Of a DNA stretch of 64,000 bases, positions 48,163-61,560 are shown one piece after another. The stretch spans positions 1 to 64,000 of the forward strand of contig JBLDXI010000099.1 in NCBI GenBank assembly GCA_047495785.1, read 5' to 3'. Numbering within the stretch: position 1 is the first letter of the stretch; each line of letters starts with the position of its first letter. Under the pieces are notes generated by a model that was not told where the DNA came from, made no database searches, and saw nothing but the letters and a program-made list of their open reading frames with translations. The stretch comes from Lepidodermella squamata. Lineage: Eukaryota > Animalia > Gastrotricha. The position numbers and the translations under genes were made by a program.

Positions 48163-51100
48163 GGGGGCGCGATATGAGAGTTCCGAAGGAACGTAGTTCC
48201 TTACAAGTGTTTTACACATACGCCGTAGATTACCACGAACGAAGTGAGATACCTTCCGAAAGGCACCCCCCGGGAACGAGTTGGTTAATAGGACATACTC
48301 AGATCAACTTACCCGATTTATGGTGGTATCCTGGACCCCTCAGGACCTCCCAGAAGTTTTTTCAGCTCAATCGGAGCTTCCGTTGATTTTCTAGAAATTA
48401 GGACGGTTTTTTCTTATTTTACCGTATTTTTTGGTCACGTGACCTGAAATGGGTAGTATATGAGGGGACAGTAGGAGGATATGATAGGTACACCAAAAAA
48501 CAAACCACGCTGACCAAAGCTTCCCAGCCAGCTGACAGGCTGGCCCCTCGCCCCTGGGGGAGAGGGGCCCACAATAGATCAACAATGCAAGCTCGCGACT
48601 AAAGAGCAAACGACAAAAAGGCAATATAAATAAAATGCAAGGTCAATTGAAAAGACGTGAGGCAAATAAATTGTGAATTATGCATTTAAAGCAACAGAAT
48701 TACCCGTAATCGACTACGGAGAATCCGAATACGACATTCATTTTGTTAAAGCAATGATAATCCAATGATAATCACTTCAACAAATTTCGCGCTCGAGCAG
48801 CTGCGTTACGGACTACGGAGAATCCGAATATGACATTTATTTCATTATCGAAATATGATAACCCATGATAACCCTTCAAACCATTTTCGCCCTCCTTTTA
48901 CCCACTTTCGCCGCGCCACTTGCGTATTTTCACCACGAGTTGCGTATCTTTCACCACCTAACAACTTACGACGCATCACTGTTGAGGTAAGAAACTTCGA
49001 ACAAGCACTTCAAATTATGCGCCACATCGACCCATCGACATCGAGCTGCGTATCGCTGAGGACCATCTCATCATTGTTGTAAATTCAGTCATTCATGTAC
49101 ACTGATGATTGTTATACGTTATACGTATGTGTTCCTTGTGATATGAGTTCTTTGAGAACCTTGTGGAATATGTGTTAAACGTGATTCACCACAAAAGATC
49201 CGCCTTGAAACACAGCTAACTTACACTGCCTTTTTGTGTCCATTGCCATAGAAGGTGCATTTTGCACATTAATCTATGGGTTTACCCGTAATCGACTACG
49301 GAGAATCCGAATATGACATCCATTTTATTATAAAGCAATCCTAACCCCATGATAATCCTTCCAATAATTTTCCAAAAATGTTCCGGCTCGCGCGGCTGCG
49401 CCGCACTCGCTGAAAGAGTTGCGTAACTTTAACCACCTTACAACTTAACGAATCCTCACCGATGAGGTAAGAAACTTGCAAGTGTGAATATGCACAGTTT
49501 CACATAGCAAAAACCAGCAAGTTGGACATGGCACCCCATTAAAAAACCAAATTAGCCAAATTAGCTGAACATGTTCTTTACGAAGAAATGTTTCATATTT
49601 CGACGTTTTCGTCATCAACAATTTTTTATATTATTTAATTCAACCCTGCTTGATATTTTACAAACATTATTCGAAACTTCTAAGAAAGGTCCATAAAGTT
49701 TCACATTTCACAAAATGCATTTTTATTTTTCATTCATGCTACTACGAAGTACTAATGATAGCGCGGTACAATAACAAACACGTTGACATATGATATCTCA
49801 ACGAAGCCGTCATTCACCAGATCTGGATACGGAATCCTCGCCACTTAATTCAACGTTGATTAATATTTTGCAAACATTTTTCGAAACTTTTAAGTATCCC
49901 AGTAGGGTCCAAAAAGTTCAACATTTCCCTTGACAATACCCTCGGGAAGTAGCTGTAGCGCCAGTTTTTTCGAGCTGTACGGCTCTGTGATGCATTACTC
50001 AAATTTCGAACTCGTAAATGGGAGGGAAACCAGATCCTTCACAACTTCACTGGTCTTCTTTTTATAACAAAATCATTCCATCCCATATCTTGCGTCACAC
50101 GCCGCGTTCGCACGCGCATGATTGAGGTTGGAGGTCTTCGACTTTAAAATGATAACCCTACCAGCAATCCGTGCTAACGATTACGTCAGCCGGGAAAGTT
50201 CATCTTTTTCGGACCTTCATCAGCGGGAACGATTACGTCTCATAAAAAAACTAGTTGTTCCCTTCCACGGTCCCGTATATTTCGCGTTGCAGAGATTGTG
50301 GATGTTCCCCAGGCAAAATTGAACTTTAAAGTACAAGTTCCCAACTGCCGTATCGCGCGGAATAATTACTGCAAAGGTTTACCTGCCATTCTCGTTATCA
50401 CTTCTAAATAACGTAAAACAGTCTCGTATCAATTTCGTTGATTTTCGATTTTCACTACATTTAAGGAAAATATATAGTTGGTGCTTGACGTACCGAAAAA
50501 TGAGTGTGTAGTCTGATTCAATGTTAGGGTTCGTATTGTTCGCTTTTAGAGCGGCGTCCTTTTCAAGCTTCACTTTCCGCCCCGTTCACTTTCAAAGGAA
50601 GGTCGAGGGTTCGAACCCAAGCTTTCGTTGAACTGCTCTCTAATGATTTCTGTCAACATGCTCTCGCTGTTGGCGATATTTGGTCATCGACTTCAATTCA
50701 ACTTCAATTCAATCCTTGTCATTCAATTGTAACCTCAACAATTTGTTTTTCAAGAAATTACCGAAACTTCGGATAGTCGTTGGTTCGAACCCAAACCCTC
50801 GTTCAACTGCTCAGCAACGATTTCTTTCATCCGTATGCTCTCAATCTTGGCGTTAACGTCGTTACCGAAATCGATTTACCTTGTACATGTTATTCAATCG
50901 CACCCTGCTTGAATTAGTATGCCAATTTTTTGAAAATTTAAAAGTTAAAAGGTCGAGGTTTCGAACCCAAGCTTTCGTTGAACTGCTTTGTGATGATTTC
51001 GTTCTCCTTCATGCAGCCAGAAGCTCTTGACGTCTAAATGCTCTCGTTTTCGGCGTCAACGTCATTACCGAGATCGATTCAGTTTGTACATTCAATCGCT

Positions 51101-54100
51101 CCCTCCTTCAATTTTTATAACAATCTCGTCATCAGTGACATGGATTCTACCAATTCATGTCATTCAATTGTTACCCCGATTAATTTTTACAACAAACCTA
51201 TCGAAACTTCGAAACTTAACTTAAATTATATTATCCAACCTTCATGTTTTGTTATTTGCGTTCTCGTCATCAGTGTCATCGATTCTCCCAATTCATGTCA
51301 TTCAGTTGTTACCCCGATTAATTTTTACAACAACCTCTCGAAACTTCGAAACTTTAGCTCAAACCTTCTTGTTTTGTTCTTTTTGCGTTCTCGTCATCAG
51401 TGACATGGATTCTACCAATTCATGTCATTCAATTGTTACCCTGATTGTTTTTTTACAACAAACTCTCGAAACTTCGAAACTTCAAAACATGGTCGTGGGT
51501 TCGAACCAGATTTCTCCTTTTTCTACTCATCAATTTGTTCTTTAACCTTCACGCATTCGTTGTTGGCGTTTTCGTCATCAGCTACATCGATTCTACCAAT
51601 TCATGTCATTCAATAGTTCTTTTGTTTGTTTTTCACAACAAAGTCTCACTTCAAAACATGGTCGTGGTTTCGAATCCGATCTCTGGTCGTTCCGCTCTCA
51701 AATTTTATTCTTCAACCTTCCTGTTTTGTTATGTGCGTACTCGTCATCAGTGACATCGATTCTCCCAATTCATGTCATTCAGTTGTTACCCCGATTAATT
51801 TTTACAACAAATTCTCGGAACTTCGAAACTTGACTTAAATTATATTATCCAACCTTCATGTTTTGTTATTTGCGTTCTCGTCATCAGTGACATCGATTCT
51901 CCCAATTCATGTCATTCAATTGTTACCCCGATTAATTTTTACAACAAACTCTCGAAACTTCGAAACTTCAAAACATGGTCGTGGGTTCGAACCAGATTTC
52001 TCCTTTTTCTACTCATCAATTTGTTCTTTAACCTTCACGCATTCGTTGTTGGCGTTTTCGTCATCAGCTACATCGATTCTACCAATTCATGTCATTCAAT
52101 AGTTCTTTTGTTTGTTTTTCACAACAAAGTCTCACTTCAAAACATGGTCGTGGTTTCGAATCCGATCTCTGGTCGTTCCGCTCTCAAATTTTATTCTTGA
52201 ACCTTCCTGTTTTGTTATGTGCGTACTCGTCATCAGTGACATCGATTCTCCCAATTCATGTCATTCAGTTGTTACCCCGATTAATTTTTACAACAACCTC
52301 TCGAAACTTCGAAACTTTAGCTCAAACCTTCTTGTTTTGTTCTTTTTGCGTTCTCGTCATCAGTGACATGGATTCTACCAATTCATGTCATTCAATTGTT
52401 ACCCTGATTGTTTTTTTACAACAAACTCTCGAAACTTCGAAACTTCAAAACATGGTCGTGGGTTCGAACCAGATCTCTCCTTTTTCTACTCATCAATTTG
52501 TTCTTCAACCTGCACGCATTCGTTGTTGGCGTTTTCGTCATCAGCTACATCGATTCTACCAATTCATGTCATTCAATTGTTAACTCGATTTTACAACATC
52601 TTCTCGAAATTTTATGAAAGCGAATAAATGTTCAACTACTCTTTAACGTGCATTCTTCTCTAAATATTTCCAAGCCATTCAAAAATACGTTGGACGGTTC
52701 CTGAGCGAACCCGAAATTACTACTTATCTATAAACACCTAATCCGGAGAACATTCAAATTTACAATTCAATTTCATGTTTCATCAACATTGGGGTGAGGG
52801 GGAAGCACCGTCCCCTCCAACGACGTGGAGGGGATCTCGTAGGGGTGGTTCGAGTCCGTACCCATTACCCAGGAGAGTAGAGAAAAAGAAAGAAAAGGCT
52901 AGCGCAGCGTAAGCCTTGTCGAACTCTCCTGGATGGGGGCGCGACTCTGGGAGTTCCGAAGGAATGGGGGCGCGATATGAGAGTTCCGAAGGAACGTAGT
53001 TCCTTACAAGTGTTTTACACATACGCCGTAGATTACCACGAACGAAGTGAGATACCTTCCGAAAGGCACCCCCCGGGAACGAGTTGGTTAATAGGACATA
53101 CTCAGATCAACTTACCCGATTTATGGTGGTATCCTGGACCCCTCAGGACCTCCCAGAAGTTTTTTCAGCTCAATCGGAGCTTCCGTTGATTTTCTAGAAA
53201 TTAGGACGGTTTTTTCTTATTTTACCGTATTTTTTGGTCACGTGACCTGAAATGGGTAGTATATGAGGGGACAGTAGGAGGATATGATAGGTACACCAAA
53301 AAACAAACCACGCTGACCAAAGCTTCCCAGCCAGCTGACAGGCTGGCCCCTCGCCCCTGGGGGAGAGGGGCCCACAATAGATCAACAATGCAAGCTCGCG
53401 ACTAAAGAGCAAACGACAAAAAGGCAATATAAATAAAATGCAAGGTCAATTGAAAAGACGTGAGGCAAATAAATTGTGAATTATGCATTTAAAGCAACAG
53501 AATTACCCGTAATCGACTACGGAGAATCCGAATACGACATTCATTTTGTTAAAGCAATGATAATCCAATGATAATCACTTCAACAAATTTCGCGCTCGAG
53601 CAGCTGCGTTACGGACTACGGAGAATCCGAATATGACATTTATTTCATTATCGAAATATGATAACCCATGATAACCCTTCAAACCATTTTCGCCCTCCTT
53701 TTACCCACTTTCGCCGCGCCACTTGCGTATTTTCACCACGAGTTGCGTATCTTTCACCACCTAACAACTTACGACGCATCACTGTTGAGGTAAGAAACTT
53801 CGAACAAGCACTTCAAATTATGCGCCACATCGACCCATCGACATCGAGCTGCGTATCGCTGAGGACCATCTCATCATTGTTGTAAATTCAGTCATTCATG
53901 TACACTGATGATTGTTATACGTTATACGTATGTGTTCCTTGTGATATGAGTTCTTTGAGAACCTTGTGGAATATGTGTTAAACGTGATTCACCACAAAAG
54001 ATCCGCCTTGAAACACAGCTAACTTACACTGCCTTTTTGTGTCCATTGCCATAGAAGGTGCATTTTGCACATTAATCTATGGGTTTACCCGTAATCGACT

Positions 54101-57100
54101 ACGGAGAATCCGAATATGACATCCATTTTATTATAAAGCAATCCTAACCCCATGATAATCCTTCCAATAATTTTCCAAAAATGTTCCGGCTCGCGCGGCT
54201 GCGCCGCACTCGCTGAAAGAGTTGCGTAACTTTAACCACCTTACAACTTAACGAATCCTCACCGATGAGGTAAGAAACTTGCAAGTGTGAATATGCACAG
54301 TTTCACATAGCAAAAACCAGCAAGTTGGACATGGCACCCCATTAAAAAACCAAATTAGCCAAATTAGCTGAACATGTTCTTTACGAAGAAATGTTTCATA
54401 TTTCGACGTTTTCGTCATCAACAATTTTTTATATTATTTAATTCAACCCTGCTTGATATTTTACAAACATTATTCGAAACTTCTAAGAAAGGTCCATAAA
54501 GTTTCACATTTCACAAAATGCATTTTTATTTTTCATTCATGCTACTACGAAGTACTAATGATAGCGCGGTACAATAACAAACACGTTGACATATGATATC
54601 TCAACGAAGCCGTCATTCACCAGATCTGGATACGGAATCCTCGCCACTTAATTCAACGTTGATTAATATTTTGCAAACATTTTTCGAAACTTTTAAGTAT
54701 CCCAGTAGGGTCCAAAAAGTTCAACATTTCCCTTGACAATACCCTCGGGAAGTAGCTGTAGCGCCAGTTTTTTCGAGCTGTACGGCTCTGTGATGCATTA
54801 CTCAAATTTCGAACTCGTAAATGGGAGGGAAACCAGATCCTTCACAACTTCACTGGTCTTCTTTTTATAACAAAATCATTCCATCCCATATCTTGCGTCA
54901 CACGCCGCGTTCGCACGCGCATGATTGAGGTTGGAGGTCTTCGACTTTAAAATGATAACCCTACCAGCAATCCGTGCTAACGATTACGTCAGCCGGGAAA
55001 GTTCATCTTTTTCGGACCTTCATCAGCGGGAACGATTACGTCTCATAAAAAAACTAGTTGTTCCCTTCCACGGTCCCGTATATTTCGCGTTGCAGAGATT
55101 GTGGATGTTCCCCAGGCAAAATTGAACTTTAAAGTACAAGTTCCCAACTGCCGTATCGCGCGGAATAATTACTGCAAAGGTTTACCTGCCATTCTCGTTA
55201 TCACTTCTAAATAACGTAAAACAGTCTCGTATCAATTTCGTTGATTTTCGATTTTCACTACATTTAAGGAAAATATATAGTTGGTGCTTGACGTACCGAA
55301 AAATGAGTGTGTAGTCTGATTCAATGTTAGGGTTCGTATTGTTCGCTTTTAGAGCGGCGTCCTTTTCAAGCTTCACTTTCCGCCCCGTTCACTTTCAAAG
55401 GAAGGTCGAGGGTTCGAACCCAAGCTTTCGTTGAACTGCTCTCTAATGATTTCTGTCAACATGCTCTCGCTGTTGGCGATATTTGGTCATCGACTTCAAT
55501 TCAACTTCAATTCAATCCTTGTCATTCAATTGTAACCTCAACAATTTGTTTTTCAAGAAATTACCGAAACTTCGGATAGTCGTTGGTTCGAACCCAAACC
55601 CTCGTTCAACTGCTCAGCAACGATTTCTTTCATCCGTATGCTCTCAATCTTGGCGTTAACGTCGTTACCGAAATCGATTTACCTTGTACATGTTATTCAA
55701 TCGCACCCTGCTTGAATTAGTATGCCAATTTTTTGAAAATTTAAAAGTTAAAAGGTCGAGGTTTCGAACCCAAGCTTTCGTTGAACTGCTTTGTGATGAT
55801 TTCGTTCTCCTTCATGCAGCCAGAAGCTCTTGACGTCTAAATGCTCTCGTTTTCGGCGTCAACGTCATTACCGAGATCGATTCAGTTTGTACATTCAATC
55901 GCTCCCTCCTTCAATTTTTATAACAATCTCGTCATCAGTGACATGGATTCTACCAATTCATGTCATTCAATTGTTACCCCGATTAATTTTTACAACAAAC
56001 CTATCGAAACTTCGAAACTTAACTTAAATTATATTATCCAACCTTCATGTTTTGTTATTTGCGTTCTCGTCATCAGTGTCATCGATTCTCCCAATTCATG
56101 TCATTCAGTTGTTACCCCGATTAATTTTTACAACAACCTCTCGAAACTTCGAAACTTTAGCTCAAACCTTCTTGTTTTGTTCTTTTTGCGTTCTCGTCAT
56201 CAGTGACATGGATTCTACCAATTCATGTCATTCAATTGTTACCCTGATTGTTTTTTTACAACAAACTCTCGAAACTTCGAAACTTCAAAACATGGTCGTG
56301 GGTTCGAACCAGATTTCTCCTTTTTCTACTCATCAATTTGTTCTTTAACCTTCACGCATTCGTTGTTGGCGTTTTCGTCATCAGCTACATCGATTCTACC
56401 AATTCATGTCATTCAATAGTTCTTTTGTTTGTTTTTCACAACAAAGTCTCACTTCAAAACATGGTCGTGGTTTCGAATCCGATCTCTGGTCGTTCCGCTC
56501 TCAAATTTTATTCTTCAACCTTCCTGTTTTGTTATGTGCGTACTCGTCATCAGTGACATCGATTCTCCCAATTCATGTCATTCAGTTGTTACCCCGATTA
56601 ATTTTTACAACAAATTCTCGGAACTTCGAAACTTGACTTAAATTATATTATCCAACCTTCATGTTTTGTTATTTGCGTTCTCGTCATCAGTGACATCGAT
56701 TCTCCCAATTCATGTCATTCAATTGTTACCCCGATTAATTTTTACAACAAACTCTCGAAACTTCGAAACTTCAAAACATGGTCGTGGGTTCGAACCAGAT
56801 TTCTCCTTTTTCTACTCATCAATTTGTTCTTTAACCTTCACGCATTCGTTGTTGGCGTTTTCGTCATCAGCTACATCGATTCTACCAATTCATGTCATTC
56901 AATAGTTCTTTTGTTTGTTTTTCACAACAAAGTCTCACTTCAAAACATGGTCGTGGTTTCGAATCCGATCTCTGGTCGTTCCGCTCTCAAATTTTATTCT
57001 TGAACCTTCCTGTTTTGTTATGTGCGTACTCGTCATCAGTGACATCGATTCTCCCAATTCATGTCATTCAGTTGTTACCCCGATTAATTTTTACAACAAC

Positions 57101-57767
57101 CTCTCGAAACTTCGAAACTTTAGCTCAAACCTTCTTGTTTTGTTCTTTTTGCGTTCTCGTCATCAGTGACATGGATTCTACCAATTCATGTCATTCAATT
57201 GTTACCCTGATTGTTTTTTTACAACAAACTCTCGAAACTTCGAAACTTCAAAACATGGTCGTGGGTTCGAACCAGATCTCTCCTTTTTCTACTCATCAAT
57301 TTGTTCTTCAACCTGCACGCATTCGTTGTTGGCGTTTTCGTCATCAGCTACATCGATTCTACCAATTCATGTCATTCAATTGTTAACTCGATTTTACAAC
57401 ATCTTCTCGAAATTTTATGAAAGCGAATAAATGTTCAACTACTCTTTAACGTGCATTCTTCTCTAAATATTTCCAAGCCATTCAAAAATACGTTGGACGG
57501 TTCCTGAGCGAACCCGAAATTACTACTTATCTATAAACACCTAATCCGGAGAACATTCAAATTTACAATTCAATTTCATGTTTCATCAACATTGGGGTGA
57601 GGGGGAAGCACCGTCCCCTCCAACGACGTGGAGGGGATCTCGTAGGGGTGGTTCGAGTCCGTACCCATTACCCAGGAGAGTAGAGAAAAAGAAAGAAAAG
57701 GCTAGCGCAGCGTAAGCCTTGTCGAACTCTCCTGGATGGGGGCGCGACTCTGGGAGTTCCGAAGGAA
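48162..57767. repeat. Two apparently identical head-to-tail 4803-bp units (48162-52964, 52965-57767)
   Basis: ORF-track entries recur with a constant 4803 offset and identical translations (48174/52977, 50122/54925, 52089/56892). Both units begin a|tgggggcgcgatatgagag. Confidence 0.97.
50590..52615. repeat. Complex minisatellite of ~130-180-bp related subunits with B-box-like ggtcg(t/a)gggttcgaacc; repeated at ~55393-57418
   Basis: Recurrent tcgtcatcag(tg/ct)acatcgattct(c/a)ccaattcatgtcattca. Internal 486-bp repeat (51603/52089). Confidence 0.92.
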
Positions 57768-58370
57768 CGCCAGTTCCTTTACACGTGTTTTACACATACG
57801 CCGTAGATTACCACGAACGAAGTGAGATTTCATCCCAACAGGGGGGCCCGAGAACGCGTTGGTTAACAGGACATTCTCCGATGAAGCCGCCCGATTTATG
57901 GTAGTATCCTGGACCCCTCAGGACCTCCCAGAAACTTTTTCAGCTCTAACGGACCTTCCGTTGATTTTCTAGAAATTAGGACGGTTTTTTCCTATTTTAC
58001 CGTATTTTTTGGTCACGTGACCCGGAATGGGTAGTATATGAGGGGACAGTAGGAGGATATGATAAGGACACCAAAAAACTAACCACGCTAACCAGAGTAT
58101 CCAAGCCAGCTGACAGGCTGGCCCCTCGCCCCTGGGGGAGAGGGGCCTACAATAAATCAACAATGCTAGCTGGCGACCAAAGAGCAAACGACGAAAAGGC
58201 AATATACGTAAAAGTCAAGGTCAATTGAACAATTCTGCGGCGAATAAATTGTGCATTTTCCATATACAACAATAGGTTTACATGTAATCGACAACGGAGA
58301 ATCCGAATATGACGTTCATTTTGTTATGAAGCAATTATAACCCAATGATAGCCCCTCCAACTAATTTTTC
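57737..58370. repeat. Diverged third copy of the first ~630 bp of the 4803-bp unit
   Basis: Colinear with 48162-48790 with scattered substitutions (compare ORFs 48391 and 57969). Confidence 0.92.
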
Positions 58371-58562
58371 TGTTCACTGCTATGGAGTTGGCATGGTTAT
58401 ATTTTTTATTAAATAACATAATGCAGTTCAAGTTTCAGGGCTCGAAGTTTTAAAGCACATTTTCAAGTGAGCGGTTCAATAACGCACTGTCTTATTTCCA
58501 TATTCATATGCATGCGCAGAAACAAAAAAAAATAATAATAACAATAAAAAATTAAAAGAAAA

Positions 58563-58640
58563 TGTGTCGCGGCCGGGACTCGAACCCTCCATTAACTGCA
58601 TTTCACAACGTTACACTGAAACCACTCGGCCACAACACAT
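58563..58640 (-). other. tRNA-derived Pol III promoter-like element (pseudo-tRNA or SINE head)
   Basis: rc has A-box TGGCCGAGTGG, B-box GGTTCGAGTCC, an acceptor-like stem and a downstream T run, but no canonical anticodon arm. Confidence 0.6.
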
Positions 58641-59371
58641 CTGACATATCCATCGCAAATTAAATTTCAATTAAATATTCAACGAAATTATCAAAACAGT
58701 TTCCAGCGCCTTCCGGGAATCGGACGCGTCTCTATATAATTTATTCACTATATAATTCGCTACGCAGTGGTTCGGAAGGCAGTGGTTCGATTGCTGCTCA
58801 CATCACATTTTTCCTTCTCATTTTTTCTTCTTAAAATCAGATTTATTTCTGTTTAATTTTTTTGCAGAGTGAGCAATAAAAAATAAACGTTTACCATTCA
58901 CGTGAATCTTCATGAGTACAAAGTGCATGCCTGTCATATGGCCGACACGCGATTCAGCATCAGCTGTTTCACGGCGCAGCGGCGGCAACAGCAAGCAGAC
59001 GGTTCGATCCGGTATTCAACCATCATTCACAACGATTTATTTCTCTTCAAAACAACCTCTATTTCCCTAATCATTAGAATTACTTATGCTGCCAGCTCCT
59101 ATCAATCTATCTTCCGCTCGAATCGATAACATTGTGACAATGTTGCTCTCTCAGGTTTGCTAGTATATTATTCCCAGTTCATATCACCATTCCCACTATA
59201 ATTACAGCTACTGGATGAAATGGCGATTTCAACACTGTTGTCCACTTTGGTTTTCCATGGTCACTACTCCCTACCAGAAAGCGGTGAGTACATTATTTTC
59301 CTCATTCATTTTTTTTACTATTGTAAAATTTATTGATTTTTTCATTCATTAACACGTTTTTTTTGCTCCCC

Positions 59372-61314
59372 AATATTTTCTTTCGTCGTTATGCTCCCGT
59401 ATTCGACGTTTTCGCCATCAGCAACGTCGATTCCACTAATTCATGTCATTTAATTTTACCCTGATTTACTTTTTTCAAGAATTTTTTCAAACTTTGAAAT
59501 TCCAAACCAAGGTCGTAGGTTGGTGCCCGACCTCTCATTTTTTCGCCCTCAAATATTTTCTTTCATCGATATGCTCCCGTTCTCGACGTTTTCGCCATCA
59601 GCAACGTCGATTCCACTAATTCATGTCAATTAATTTTACCCTGATTTACTTTTTTCAAGAATTTTTTCAAACTTTGAAATTCCAAACCAAGGTCGTAGGT
59701 TGGTGCCCGACCTCTCATTTTTTCGCCCTCAAATATTTTCTTTCATCGATATGCTCCCGTTCTCGACGTTTTCGCCATCAGCAACGTCGATTCCACTAAT
59801 TCATGTCAATTAATTTTACCCTGATTTACTTTTTTCAAGAATTTTTTCAAACTTTGAAATTCCAAACCAAGGTCGTAGGTTGGTGCCCGACCTCTCATTT
59901 TTTCGCCCTCAAATATTTTCTTTCATCGATATGCTCCCGTTCTCGACGTTTTCGCCATCAGCAACGTCGATTCCACTAATTCATGTCAATTAATTTTACC
60001 CTGATTTACTTTTTTCAAGAATTTTTTCAAACTTTGAAATTCCAAACCAAGGTCGTAGGTTGGTGCCCGACCTCTCATTTTTTCGCCCTCAAATATTTTC
60101 TTTCATCGATATGCTCCCGTTCTCGACGTTTTCGCCATCAGCAACGTCGATTCCACTAATTCATGTCAATTAATTTTACCCTGATTTACTTTTTTCAAGA
60201 ATTTTTTCTAACTTTGAAATTCCAAACCAAGGTCGTAGGTTGGTGCCCGACCTCTCATTTTTTCGCCCTCAAATATTTTCTTTCATCGATATGCTCCCGT
60301 TCTCGACGTTTTCGCCATCAGCAACGTCGATTCCACTAATTCATGTCAATTAATTTTACCCTGATTTACTTTTTTCAAGAATTTTTTCAAACTTTGAAAT
60401 TCCAAACCAAGGTCGTAGGTTGGTGCCCGACCTCTCATTTTTTCGCCCTCAAATATTTTCTTTCATCGATATGCTCCCGTTCTCGACGTTTTCGCCATCA
60501 GCAACGTCGATTCCACTAATTCATGTCAATTAATTTTACCCTGATTAACTTTTTTCAAGAATTTTTTCAAACTTTGAAATCCCAAACCAAGGTCGTAGGT
60601 TGGTGCCCGACCTCTCATTTTTTCGCCCTCAAATATTTTCTTTCATCGATATGCTCCCGTTCTCGACGTTTTCGCCATCAGCAACGTCGATTCCACTAAT
60701 TCATGTCAATTAATTTTACCCTGATTTACTTTTTTCAAGAATTTTTTCAAACTTTGAAATTCCAAACCAAGGTCGTAGGTTGGTGCCCGACCTCTCATTT
60801 TTTCGCCCTCAAATATTTTCTTTCATCGATATGCTCCCGTTCTCGACGTTTTCGCCATCAGCAACGTCGATTCCACTAATTCATGTAAATTAATTCTACC
60901 CTGATTTACTTTTTTCAAGAATTTTTTCAAACTTTGAAATCCCAAACCAAGGTCGTAGGTTGGTGCCCGACCTCTCATTTTTTCGCCCTCAAATATTTTC
61001 TTTCATCGATATGCTCCCGTTCTCGACGTTTTCGCCATCAGCAACGTCGATTCCACTAATTCATGTCAATTAATTTTACCCTGATTTACTTTTTTCAAGA
61101 ATTTTTTCAAACTTTGAAATCCCAAACCAAGGTCGTAGGTTGGTGCCCGACCTCTCATTTTTTCGCCCTCAAATATTTTCTTTCATCGATATGCTCCCGT
61201 TCTCGAAGTTTTCGCCATCAGCAACGTCGATTCCACTAATTCATGTCAATTAATTTTACCCTGATTTACTTTTTTCAAGAATTTTTTCAAACTTTGAAAT
61301 TCCAAACGAAGGTC
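59372..61314. repeat. 180-bp tandem satellite, ~10.8 near-identical copies
   Basis: atgctcccgt recurs at 59391, 59571 ... 61191, every 180 bp. Confidence 0.98.
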
Positions 61315-61560
61315 ATTTTTTTGAATTTTAGAATTTCGGAAATTTATATTAGCATTTCATTTTTTTTTATTTTTTCTCTTTTTTACCAGTTTGCGAATCG
61401 AATGACCGATGTTGCACATGCTGTAATCAAATGGCTGAAAACGATTTCAAGACGAAGTGATTTGTGATTTTTCAAACGTGCTACTTCATTTGAACGTTGT
61501 TTACCAGCTTTGCTGTATGATGCTTTTTAAATTATATTGTTCCAAACCCCATTTTCGCTG

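Noticed and set aside
51545-51600. Hammerhead-like CTGATGA-C-GAAA on the minus strand of the minisatellite
   Set aside because: There is no stem II, the putative cleavage position is G rather than H, and stem I does not close.
48174-58202. Many short ORFs within the 4803-bp units
   Set aside because: They are overlapping, low-complexity translations of repeats with no transposase or RT motifs.
48162-58370. Head and diverged head interpreted as the LTRs of a retrotransposon
   Set aside because: No gag/pol remnants, no clear PBS, PPT or TSD, and the interior is satellite-like.
50590-61314. CRISPR-like appearance of the repeats
   Set aside because: Sequences between the conserved cores are themselves repeated rather than unique spacers, there are no cas genes, and the context is eukaryotic.
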